A stretch of 64,000 nucleotides of DNA from Patescibacteria group bacterium (GCA_022711335.1 JAKLFF010000002.1:82988-146987), one strand, 5' to 3'. Counted from the first letter of the stretch, positions 1 to 9,379 are shown. The notes: generated by a model from the sequence alone, not told the origin. Translations and numbers: made by a program.

Positions 1-1413
<1,413 letters not shown>

Positions 1414-1433
1414 TTATTTTGCTGGCTTAAAAT

Positions 1434-1724
1434 TTATTCCAAAACAGCCAGAATATCGCTTTCGCTTATTAGCAAATATTCTTTGCCGTCGATTTTTATT
1501 TCATCCGGAGAATATTTCTTAAACAGCACTTTGTCTCCAGCTTTCACGCCCATTGGCAAAATTTGCCCATTTTCCGAACGCTTTCCCGGACCGACTGCCA
1601 GAACTTCCCCTTTTTCAGGTTTCTCCTTATCGGCAGTTTCGGGCAAAACAATGCCTGACTTCGTAGTTTTTTCAGCGTCAAGCGGTTCTAAGACAACATT
1701 GTCATGCAGAGGTTTTATATCCAT
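1434..1724 (-). CDS. groES: Co-chaperonin GroES (Cpn10)
   Basis: MDIKPLHDNVVLEPL...GEVLAVGPGKR...GDKVLFKKY matches GroES. I chose the internal Met start (ORF-track start is 1760) to give the usual ~96 aa. It sits upstream of groEL. Confidence 0.88.
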   Translation of the reverse strand: MDIKPLHDNVVLEPLDAEKTTKSGIVLPETADKEKPEKGEVLAVGPGKRSENGQILPMGVKAGDKVLFKKYSPDEIKIDGKEYLLISESDILAVLE

Positions 1725-1936
1725 ATTTATAATTCCTGGCTTTAACTTGGAAAAATTCAAGCTAAAACCGGAAAAATTAATAATTAATTAGCACTCAAGC
1801 AGAAAGACTGCTAATTTGTATTCTAAAAAAATTATATTTTTTGTCAAGGAAGAAACATACAAAAATTTAATTTTGGATCCTTTAATGACTCAAAAAAGCC
1901 ATTTTTTGACTTTTAATATAGCTCCATTTTCCAAAG

Positions 1937-2023
1937 CGGAAGAGGTGGGATTCGAACCCACGGACCCCTTTCGAGGTCAACACATTAGCAGTGTGCTGCT
2001 TTCGACCACTCAGCCACTCTTCC
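1937..2023 (-). tRNA. tRNA-Ser (anticodon GCT), long variable arm
   Basis: The reverse complement reads GGAAGAGTGGCTGAGTGGTCGAAAGCAGCACACTGCTAATGTGTTGACCTCGAAAGGGGTCCGTGGGTTCGAATCCCACCTCTTCCG. It has a 7-bp acceptor stem, the T-arm GGTTCGAATCC, the anticodon loop TGCTAAT and a class II variable arm. Confidence 0.8.
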
Positions 2024-2079
2024 AAAATTTCGTTATAAGGCTTATTTTTACTAGTTTATCTTATCAGCAATGGACGCAA

Positions 2080-2113
2080 TTGTAAACATTGCCCGATATG
2101 CTACAATGCAGTC
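2080..2113 (+). promoter_or_regulatory. Sigma70-like promoter TTGTAA-16nt-TACAAT ending 6 nt before the ATG, so the transcript is probably leaderless
   Basis: TTGTAA at 2080-2085 and TACAAT at 2102-2107, then gcagtc and the ATG at 2114. I see no Shine-Dalgarno sequence. Confidence 0.4.
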
Positions 2114-2719
2114 ATGTATATTGGAGATTCCAACCAAAAAAATATCGATGAAGACAAGCTTTTGAGAATTGAAAAGCTGATGAGAGAGCCGGAAGATATT
2201 GAGGATGAAGACCGGATGCTTTCCGAGCCGGAAGATATTATGATTCCGGAACATTCTATGGATGTTTTGGCTCATTGGCGCGCGCCGGAATACGAAACGT
2301 ATGCTCGTGACAAAAAATGGTATTTGTATATAACGCTGGCCCTTGCGGCGATAGTCGGCTATGCGATATGTAGCAACGGAGTTATAATGGCGATTACTTT
2401 CATCCTCATCGGCGTTGTTGGATACATCCACATCAATAAGGATCCGAGAGTTTTGGATTTTTTGATAACCCCCGAAGGAGTTCTGGCCGGACGCGAACTT
2501 TATGAATTTGAAAACCTTCTTTCTTTTTGGATTTTCTATGAGCCGGACGGAAAAAAAGCGATAAGTCTCCGCACTAAAAGCCGCCTGGTTCCCTATGTCC
2601 ATATTCCGGTTCACAAGGAAAATCCCGTGGAGCTTCGGGAAATTCTGGTGCAATATATTCCGGAAGAAAAACAGGAGGAAGGAATCGTCGAAATCGCGGA
2701 AAGGGTTTTGAGGATATAA
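2114..2719 (+). CDS. Hypothetical membrane protein with an acidic N-terminus and two predicted TM helices
   Basis: The 201-aa ORF has an acidic repeat region (EDIEDEDRMLSEPEDIM) and then hydrophobic helices (YLYITLALAAIVGYAICSNGVIMAITFILIGVVGYI). The overlapping minus-strand ORF 2051-2872 is R/F/N-rich and looks like a low-complexity antisense artefact. Confidence 0.5.
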   Translation: MYIGDSNQKNIDEDKLLRIEKLMREPEDIEDEDRMLSEPEDIMIPEHSMDVLAHWRAPEYETYARDKKWYLYITLALAAIVGYAICSNGVIMAITFILIGVVGYIHINKDPRVLDFLITPEGVLAGRELYEFENLLSFWIFYEPDGKKAISLRTKSRLVPYVHIPVHKENPVELREILVQYIPEEKQEEGIVEIAERVLRI

Positions 2720-2753
2720 AAACAGTTCTTTGGACTGAAAAAGGAGGGGAAAA

Positions 2754-2996
2754 ATGCTAACTATGGAAGAGATTCTGAAATGCTTAAGAAAATTTGGCCA
2801 TAATCCGCGTGATAGAATAATCCATCCGCGAACAGTTTTTTCCAAATCGCACCGGCATGGAGAAAAGATCATTATTCTTTTCCGTCCGTACGGAAACTTT
2901 TTTTCTTCCAGCCTCGTCGTAGCTTCATTCTGGAAACCGCCAGAAGAAAGGAGTGAGATAGAAAAGATTACCTGTCCCTGGCAAAAACCTTTTTGA
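2754..2996 (+). CDS. Small hypothetical protein of 80 aa
   Basis: An ORF with a plausible start after the upstream gene, followed by the hairpin terminator at 3034-3068. I recognise no domain. Confidence 0.3.
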   Translation: MLTMEEILKCLRKFGHNPRDRIIHPRTVFSKSHRHGEKIIILFRPYGNFFSSSLVVASFWKPPEERSEIEKITCPWQKPF

Positions 2997-3033
2997 ACTT
3001 ATGTTCCGCAGGATTAGTTAATCCCCGATCAAA

Positions 3034-3068
3034 AAACACGCGCTAACAAGGGCGTGTTTGTTTTTTGT
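3034..3068. terminator. Bidirectional rho-independent terminator between two convergent transcripts
   Basis: ACACGC at 3036-3041 pairs with GCGTGT at 3052-3057 around a 10-nt loop. An A-tract lies upstream and the T-tract tttgttttttg lies downstream. Confidence 0.5.
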
Positions 3069-3141
3069 GTCCCCGAGAGGACTTGAACCTCTGACCTCAA
3101 GCTCCGCAAGCTTGCGCTCTATCCAACTGAGCTACGAGGAC
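3068..3141 (-). tRNA. tRNA-Arg (anticodon reads GCG)
   Basis: The reverse complement reads GTCCTCGTAGCTCAGTTGGATAGAGCGCAAGCTTGCGGAGCTTGAGGTCAGAGGTTCAAGTCCTCTCGGGGACA. It folds as a cloverleaf with anticodon loop TTGCGGA. Confidence 0.75.
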
Positions 3142-3165
3142 AATTTATTTTTTATTACATAGCGT

Positions 3166-3210
3166 GATACCTGCCTGCCGGCAGGCAGGTATCCACTGAG
3201 CTACAAGGAC
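3166..3210 (-). pseudogene. tRNA 5'-half fragment (21 nt, nearly identical to the 5' end of the adjacent tRNA-Arg) fused to a 28-bp perfect palindrome
   Basis: The minus strand reads GTCCTTGTAGCTCAGTGGATA and then CCTGCCTGCCGGCAGGCAGGTATC. The palindrome GATACCTGCCTGCCGGCAGGCAGGTATC occupies 3166-3193. The intact tRNA begins about 50 nt further on. Confidence 0.6.
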
Positions 3211-3241
3211 ATATAAACACACTAATACAACTGGCTATTTC

Positions 3242-4078
3242 TTACAAATCCGCCTTTTTCGCTTTTATTTTTTCTCCAAAAAATTTACTTCCCAAAATTT
3301 CAAAATTTTTAGTCAGATCCGTTGAATAAAAAAAATTTTTACGCTTTTTCGAAAGTTTTTTTTCTATCTCCGGATGCTTTTTGAGATATTTTTTCAGTTT
3401 TTTTCCTATTATTTTTGATTCGGAAATTATTTTTATATTCTTGCCGGTTATTTTTCTAATCTTTTTTTCCAAAATTCCATAATGGGTGCAACCTAGAATC
3501 AGCGTGTCTATTTTCTTGCTGGTTAGCGGTTTTAGATATTTTTTTAAAACTGCATTCGTAGATTTTTCATCCTGCTCTCCTATTTCTACAATTTTAACCA
3601 GAAGCGGACAGGCTTTCTGGAATGCTTTTATTTCCTGATTTACTTTTCGAAGCTCTCTTACAAAAGCTTCCGATTCCACTGTTCTTTCGGTAGCAATAAT
3701 TCCTACTCTTTTATTTTTAGTTTTGGAGGCGGCAATTTCCGCTGCCGGGATAAGAACTCCCAACACTTTTCTATCAGAGTAACATTTGGGAATATATTCC
3801 TGTTGGATTCGGCGTAATGCTTCGCTCGAGGCAGTATTGCAAGCTAAAATAATCAAACCGCAATTTTTATTAACAAGAAAATTAATTGCTTGTTTTGCAA
3901 ATCTATATATAGCCTCTCTCGGTTTGGTTCCGTAAGGCACACGCGCGCTGTCGCCCAGATATACATAATTATATTCCGGCAAATCTTTCACGATTCCCCG
4001 CATTACGCTCAAACCGCCAAAACCCGAGTCGAATATTCCGATTGATTTATTTCTTAGCATAAATTGCAACTTATACAT
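3242..4078 (-). CDS. murI: Glutamate racemase
   Basis: Carries the motifs IGIFDSGFGGLSV, LACNTAS and LGCTHYG. Length 278 aa. Confidence 0.88.
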   Translation of the reverse strand: MYKLQFMLRNKSIGIFDSGFGGLSVMRGIVKDLPEYNYVYLGDSARVPYGTKPREAIYRFAKQAINFLVNKNCGLIILACNTASSEALRRIQQEYIPKCYSDRKVLGVLIPAAEIAASKTKNKRVGIIATERTVESEAFVRELRKVNQEIKAFQKACPLLVKIVEIGEQDEKSTNAVLKKYLKPLTSKKIDTLILGCTHYGILEKKIRKITGKNIKIISESKIIGKKLKKYLKKHPEIEKKLSKKRKNFFYSTDLTKNFEILGSKFFGEKIKAKKADL

Positions 4079-4097
4079 AATACATTATACTTTATAC

Positions 4098-6275
4098 ATG
4101 ATACATTTGGATACCCCTCTTAAAAACATTTCTAAAATCACCCCTAAATACGCCAAAGTTTTGGAAAAAATGGGCCTCGTTACTGTCCAGGATTTTTTGT
4201 TGTATTTCCCTTTCCGCTATGATGATTTTTCAAAAACCGTGGAATTGGGTCAGAATTATCTGGGTGAAACTATAACGGTCGAAGGAACAATTATAAAAGC
4301 CAAGAATATCAGAATTTTCAGGCGAAAAATGACAATCACGGAAATTGTCATTCAAGATAAAAACAACACCCCGTTAAAAACAGTTTGGTTTAATCAGCCC
4401 TATATTTTAGAAAATTTAAAAGAGGGCGAGTCAATCAGATTGTCCGGAAAATTGGCAATCGATAAAAAGATTTTTTCCATGGCTAATCCCGCCTGGGAAA
4501 AAGCTTCGCGCGATGCGACCAATACTGGAAGACTGGTCCCAGTTTACAGCGAAACTGCCGGCATTTCTTCCAAGTGGATCCGCTGGCAGATAAAGCCGCT
4601 TCTTCGATTTGCCAAAGATATTCCGGATATTTTACCAGAAGAAACAAGAAAAAAATTTAATCTCTATGATCTCCGCACAGCCATAACCCAGATTCATTTT
4701 CCGGATTCCCGCGAAAAACTGGTACGTGCCCAAAAAAGAATGGCTTTTCAAGAAATGTTTTTGGTCCAGCTCAAATCTTTGCAAGTTAAAAAACAATGGG
4801 AGAAAAATAACTCTATTGATATCAAATTCGATGAGAAATTAATCAAGGAATTTGTAGAAAAACTTCCATTCAAATTGACTAACGCGCAAAGAAAAGCCTC
4901 TTTTGAAATTCTAAAAGACCTCGAAAAATCAAAGCCGATGAACCGGCTGCTTGAAGGCGACGTCGGATCGGGAAAAACAGTCGTCGCGGCTATCTCCACG
5001 CTACAATCTATCTCGGCAGGTTATCAAGTAGCCATTATGGCGCCGACAGAAGTCTTGGCGCGGCAGCACTTTGAAAGTTTTTGCAAGTTATTTGAGAATT
5101 ACGGAATAAACATAGCCCTGTTGACAAATTCTTACCAAGAGATTAACAATTTTCAATTTTCAATTTTCAATTTTCAATCAATTTTCAATGACAAAATTTT
5201 AAAAAATAAAAAAAATAGCAGAGAATATTTATTAAAAAGTACAGCAGATGGAAAAATAAATTTAATAGTAGGAACACATGCTCTTATTCAAAAAGACGTA
5301 AGATTCAAGAATTTGGCTTTAATTATTATCGACGAACAGCATCGCTTCGGAGTGGCGCAACGTGCAACTTTGCAACAAGAAACGATGAGTATAAAAGACC
5401 CCGTAAAGTCGCCTAACGGCGACCACGGGGCAAGCGGCGAGATTAAAACTATCTCCCATCTTCTCACTATGACTGCTACGCCTATCCCGAGAACTTTAGC
5501 CATCGCTTTTTTTGGCAGCCTGGGTCTTTCAATTCTTGACGAAATGCCTAAAAACCGAAAGCCGATTGTCACTAAAATTGTCCCGCCCTCTGCCAGAAAT
5601 CAAAATTATAATTTCATCCGGCAGGAAATTGGATCCGGACGGCAGGTTTTTGTCATTTTCCCGCTAATTGAAGAATCAAAGGCTCTCTCGGAAGTGAAAG
5701 CGGCCGCAGAAGAATATAAAAAACTGCAGGATATATTTCCGGATTTTGAAATCGGACTTTTGCATGGACGAATGAAGCCAAAAGAAAAAGAAGAAACTAT
5801 GCAATTTTTTAAAGAGCAAAAAACTAAAATCCTTGTTTCCACTTCTGTTATTGAAGTCGGCATTGATATCCCGAACGCCACAGTTATGATCATTGAAAAT
5901 GCCGAAAGATTCGGGCTTTCCCAGCTTCATCAATTCCGCGGCCGTGTTGGCCGGGGCGAGCATCAGTCGTATTGTTTCCTTTTCACTGAAAGTAACACTC
6001 AAAAATCCATTGAAAGACTAAAAGCCCTTGAAAAAACCAATGACGGATTCGAGATCTCCAAAATCGATCTGGAACTGCGCGGTCCCGGACAATTTTTCGG
6101 CACAATTCAATCCGGCCTTCCAGACATCACCATGGAGAATCTGAGCAATGTGAAACTCATTAAATTCGCCCGCGAGGAAGCCACTAATTTGTTAAAAGTT
6201 GACCCCCGACTAAAAAAGCACCCGCTTTTGGCAGATGCTCTTTTGAGATTTTCAGAGAAGATTCACTTGGAATGA
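4098..6275 (+). CDS. recG: ATP-dependent DNA helicase RecG
   Basis: Has a wedge/OB N-terminal region, helicase motif I GDVGSGKT, motif II DEQHRFG, TATPIPRT and the downstream RecG signature. It also carries two internal insertions (features 5147-5190 and 5399-5430). Confidence 0.9.
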   Translation: MIHLDTPLKNISKITPKYAKVLEKMGLVTVQDFLLYFPFRYDDFSKTVELGQNYLGETITVEGTIIKAKNIRIFRRKMTITEIVIQDKNNTPLKTVWFNQPYILENLKEGESIRLSGKLAIDKKIFSMANPAWEKASRDATNTGRLVPVYSETAGISSKWIRWQIKPLLRFAKDIPDILPEETRKKFNLYDLRTAITQIHFPDSREKLVRAQKRMAFQEMFLVQLKSLQVKKQWEKNNSIDIKFDEKLIKEFVEKLPFKLTNAQRKASFEILKDLEKSKPMNRLLEGDVGSGKTVVAAISTLQSISAGYQVAIMAPTEVLARQHFESFCKLFENYGINIALLTNSYQEINNFQFSIFNFQSIFNDKILKNKKNSREYLLKSTADGKINLIVGTHALIQKDVRFKNLALIIIDEQHRFGVAQRATLQQETMSIKDPVKSPNGDHGASGEIKTISHLLTMTATPIPRTLAIAFFGSLGLSILDEMPKNRKPIVTKIVPPSARNQNYNFIRQEIGSGRQVFVIFPLIEESKALSEVKAAAEEYKKLQDIFPDFEIGLLHGRMKPKEKEETMQFFKEQKTKILVSTSVIEVGIDIPNATVMIIENAERFGLSQLHQFRGRVGRGEHQSYCFLFTESNTQKSIERLKALEKTNDGFEISKIDLELRGPGQFFGTIQSGLPDITMENLSNVKLIKFAREEATNLLKVDPRLKKHPLLADALLRFSEKIHLE
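5147..5190. repeat. Microsatellite (AATTTTC)n of about 6 units inside the recG reading frame
   Basis: caattttcaattttcaattttcaattttcaatcaattttcaatg encodes NNFQFSIFNFQSIFN, in-frame between helicase motifs I and II. Confidence 0.8.
5399..5430. repeat. 32-bp palindromic element inserted in-frame in recG
   Basis: CCCCGTAAAGTCGCCTAACGGCGACCACGGGG encodes PVKSPNGDHGA. It reappears in reverse orientation at 36089-36121 as ccccgtggtcgccgttgaggcgactttacgggg. Confidence 0.75.
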
Positions 6276-7474
6276 TTCTCTATTGCTTTTTCATATACCA
6301 CCAGCATTTTTTTGGCGCAAACTGACGCCGTGAAATTTTCTCTGGCAATTCGCGCAGATTCTTCACCGGTTTTTTCCCTGAGTTTTTTATCCAAAATAAG
6401 TTTTGTGATCATATAGGCAAATTCCTTTTCTCCGGTTACGCAAGTCAGAAATCCGTTTCTGTTGTTTTGGACGAGACTAATCACGCCTGTCGCGCAGACA
6501 GCCACAACCGGAAGCCCCATATACATAGCCTCCGTAAGAACCATCCCTTGAGTTTCTGACTTAGAACCATAAACAAAAATATCTCCAGCCGCGTAGCAGT
6601 CTTTTATCTCCGATCTCGGAATTATTCCGGAAAAAACGACCTGCTCATAAATTCCATTGTCTTTGCAATATTTTTTAAGCTCCGGAAGGAGATATCCGTC
6701 TCCGGAAACCAAAAATTTCACATTTTTTCTTTCTTTGAGTATTTCCCTCACCGAGCGAAAAACAAATTCAATATTTTTTTCCGCCGTAAGCCGCGTTGCC
6801 AGGAACAAAAGAACTTCATTCTCTTTTATTCCATATTTATCACGAGCTTTTTTCCTGTCGGGATTTTTGAATTCTTCCTCGATTACTCCGGTAGGCACCA
6901 CATAGATTTCTTTTTTCACCCTGTTAAATACGCCTTCGGCGTCCCCGCCTTGCGGGGATTTAACAGGATGAACTCCCCAATTTTTGAGAATCGGAATGAC
7001 TGAATCTGTGGGAACCACGACCGCATCCGCCTGATTGGCAAATTTAACTGCTTTCTTGATCATATAGCCGGCAACAAATTTTTTTGGCAGAAACGGAACA
7101 AAATTCGCATAATAATCATAAAGAGTGTGCCAGGTAAAGACCAGCGGAACTTTTTTCCTTTTTGCCCACTTTCGGGCCGCTGATCCTAGAAGATTTGGAT
7201 GCTGGGAGTGGATTACATCGATTTTCAATTCGTTTAAAATTTTGCTAATTTTCCTCGAATATGGAATAACCAAAGGAAATTTTATTTTTATTTCAAGATT
7301 AATGGATGGGTAGCGGAAAATATTCGGATCTTTATCTGCATAGCCCGGAAAGTGCGGCGCGAAAATATATACAGTATGGCCAAGTTTTTCAAATTCCCTC
7401 CGAAAAGTTTCAATTGATGTCGAAACGCCATAGGGATTAGGAAGATAATTGTTCGTAAAAATTGCAATATTCAC
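6263..7474 (-). CDS. Glycosyltransferase family 4 (GT-B fold)
   Basis: Has the N-terminal IAIFTNNYLPNPYGVSTS motif and a C-terminal EXXXXXXXE-like region typical of GT4. The start is ambiguous. The ORF track uses TTG at 7507, but I favour GTG at 7474, which gives MNIAIF and directly abuts the element terminus. Confidence 0.75.
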   Translation of the reverse strand: MNIAIFTNNYLPNPYGVSTSIETFRREFEKLGHTVYIFAPHFPGYADKDPNIFRYPSINLEIKIKFPLVIPYSRKISKILNELKIDVIHSQHPNLLGSAARKWAKRKKVPLVFTWHTLYDYYANFVPFLPKKFVAGYMIKKAVKFANQADAVVVPTDSVIPILKNWGVHPVKSPQGGDAEGVFNRVKKEIYVVPTGVIEEEFKNPDRKKARDKYGIKENEVLLFLATRLTAEKNIEFVFRSVREILKERKNVKFLVSGDGYLLPELKKYCKDNGIYEQVVFSGIIPRSEIKDCYAAGDIFVYGSKSETQGMVLTEAMYMGLPVVAVCATGVISLVQNNRNGFLTCVTGEKEFAYMITKLILDKKLREKTGEESARIARENFTASVCAKKMLVVYEKAIENHSK

Positions 7475-7604
7475 CCGGTAGTGAAATTTTGACTGGCCTT
7501 CCGTCAATAAAGCATAGATGGCTCAGAAAAAATTTTATTAAAAATTATTCTAAATAAAAATTTTTGTAACCCGGGTTCTTTAATGTCAAAATTCTACTAC
7601 CGGG
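7474..7604. mobile_element. Inverted-repeat (MITE-like) element copy 1, 131 bp with 20-bp terminal inverted repeats and a 4-bp target duplication TTCA
   Basis: The left end is cccggtagtgaaattttgac at 7474-7493 and the right end is gtcaaaattctactaccggg at 7585-7604. ttca at 7470-7473 is repeated at 7605-8608 region start, namely 7605-7608. The interior is AT-rich. The glycosyltransferase GTG start overlaps the element terminus. Confidence 0.7.
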
Positions 7605-7611
7605 TTCATAA

Positions 7612-8496
7612 TTAATTTTTGTCGATAAAATTTAAAATTTCCTCAAATACGCTCTCGTTTTTGATATCAGAAATAAAAGTATGATATGCTCTTTTAATAT
7701 ATTTTTTTTCTTTAATTTTCGATCCTACCTGATCATAGATCTTTTCCAAGCTTTTTTTAGTGACAATATGGTCGCTTTTGGATTGAATCACGAAACAGGG
7801 CTGCACAACTTTAGTAACATATTTTCTGGCAATTTCAACCAGCTTGAAAGTTTCAATAGCACTTGAAATCGGATAGGCTTGATAAGCAATTAGCCTGGTT
7901 ATCGTCGTGGAAATTCCAAAAGTCGGCGGATAATATTTTTTGTTATATTCCTTAAAGAAGCTCATGAATTTGGCAAAACGCAGAGCGATTTTTTCATACT
8001 TCAATTTGTACGGCATAGCCATGAGAATAAGTCCGGCTATATCCGTTTTTTTGCCGGCTAAAATTACAGCCAGGCACGCCCCGATTGAAGTTCCAGCCAC
8101 ATACACCTTGTCATGATCTTTCTTAAGCTCATCATAACTTTTCTTTATATCCTCAAGCCAATCGGTCCAATGCACATTTTTAAGATCGCTCTGAACAGTT
8201 CCGTGCCCTCGAAGCATCGGCCCGGAAGCCGTATAGCCGTTTTCATTAAGATATCTTCCGAGCCGCCTTAATTCATAGGGAACTGCTGTCCATCCATGAA
8301 CCAGCAAAACTGCCCTTCCATTTTTTCCTTTAAAATAAAAAGGCTGATTGATCAAATGCTTTTCTTCTTCAAGAAGGAGATCTGGATCAGCAAACAAAAC
8401 ACCTTTTACTGTTTTCAGTATTTTTTTTACCCCGTTAAGCTGTGCTGGTTTTACTCTGCCGCCGACAGCTCCAACGGAGAAGCTTCTCTTTTTCAT
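7612..8496 (-). CDS. Alpha/beta-fold hydrolase (esterase/lipase-like)
   Basis: Has the nucleophile elbow GTSIGA (GxSxG) and HGW near the N-terminus. Length 294 aa. Confidence 0.7.
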   Translation of the reverse strand: MKKRSFSVGAVGGRVKPAQLNGVKKILKTVKGVLFADPDLLLEEEKHLINQPFYFKGKNGRAVLLVHGWTAVPYELRRLGRYLNENGYTASGPMLRGHGTVQSDLKNVHWTDWLEDIKKSYDELKKDHDKVYVAGTSIGACLAVILAGKKTDIAGLILMAMPYKLKYEKIALRFAKFMSFFKEYNKKYYPPTFGISTTITRLIAYQAYPISSAIETFKLVEIARKYVTKVVQPCFVIQSKSDHIVTKKSLEKIYDQVGSKIKEKKYIKRAYHTFISDIKNESVFEEILNFIDKN

Positions 8497-8592
8497 AAAT
8501 AAATTCTAAGGCTAATCCCCTTTTTAGGCAAATTAAAAGGGCTTGCGTATTTTGCTCCTTTTCCATGCGCAAACCCCAGCCAACGTCGAATC

Positions 8593-8682
8593 TTACCATC
8601 TCAAAAGGAGAAGCAAGCTTGTTACAGCAAGCGCTATAACAAAGCTCAACATCATTAATTTGGCTTCCGTGCTTATTTTCAT
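8593..8682 (-). CDS. Possible 29-aa hydrophobic micropeptide
   Basis: Encodes MKISTEAKLMMLSFVIALAVTSLLLLLRW. It is preceded by a strong Shine-Dalgarno sequence, AGGAGGCATTAG then ATG. It falls below the 60-aa cutoff of the ORF track. Confidence 0.3.
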   Translation of the reverse strand: MKISTEAKLMMLSFVIALAVTSLLLLLRW

Positions 8683-8735
8683 CTAATGCCTCCTTGTTCG
8701 GTTATTTTGCAGCCTCTATTTAATAATACAAACAA

Positions 8736-9350
8736 CTAATCGTGTTCTTGATTATTTTCCCTTAATAGCTTCTTGGCCTGCCTATTTTTGTAAACTGTAA
8801 TTGTCAAAAAAGTAATAACTGCCAAAAAAGTTATCGCCCATCCGACCCATTTTATATAATCCCTGATCTCCCGCCAAAGATATCCGTAAAAATACCCCAT
8901 AAAAACCAGAAATCCGCTCCAGATTATACCACCATAAATAGAATATTTAATGAATTTTTTGAAATCCATTTTCACGATTCCCGCCGCAGTAAACGCCGCC
9001 CAGCAAAGACCCGTTGTTGATTTTACCGCAAAAATGGTTTTTCCGCCATGACGCTCGAAATATCTTTCCATTTTCAGAACTAGTTTTTCCGTGATGCCTA
9101 TGTATTTTCCAACTCGCCGCACAAAGCCCATGCCATAATGATATCCAAGACCGAAAAGGATTACATCGCCAACCATATCCCCAATTATGGATAAAATCAA
9201 GACTATCCAGACATTAAAAGCTCCTAGAGACGCCAGGATAGCAGCAGCCAAAGTAGCTACCGGGCCTTCCAAAATCATAAGCGGCAGCATGATTGCATAT
9301 CCATAGCTTTGTAAAAATTGAAATGCGCTTTGTCCAAGCTGTTCCATCAT
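8736..9350 (-). CDS. DedA/SNARE-associated (VTT domain) membrane protein
   Basis: A multi-TM protein with the G-x-x-x-(F/Y) region typical of DedA. Length 204 aa. Confidence 0.7.
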   Translation of the reverse strand: MMEQLGQSAFQFLQSYGYAIMLPLMILEGPVATLAAAILASLGAFNVWIVLILSIIGDMVGDVILFGLGYHYGMGFVRRVGKYIGITEKLVLKMERYFERHGGKTIFAVKSTTGLCWAAFTAAGIVKMDFKKFIKYSIYGGIIWSGFLVFMGYFYGYLWREIRDYIKWVGWAITFLAVITFLTITVYKNRQAKKLLRENNQEHD

Positions 9351-9379
9351 AATTTATATTTTACTATTATTTGGGAAAT

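Noticed and set aside
2051-2872. 273-aa minus-strand ORF overlapping the 2114-2719 gene
   Set aside because: It is R/F/N-rich with no domain. The plus-strand ORF has a near-consensus promoter and plausible membrane-protein features. Only one of the two can be real, and I kept the plus-strand gene.
7474-7604. The 20-bp motif pairs read as paired transcription-factor operators rather than transposon ends
   Set aside because: I considered this. I set it aside as the primary explanation because all three pairs have perfect 4-bp flanking direct repeats with different sequences and unrelated interiors. That is the signature of transposition, not of a regulatory palindrome. A secondary regulatory role in the RNA is still possible.
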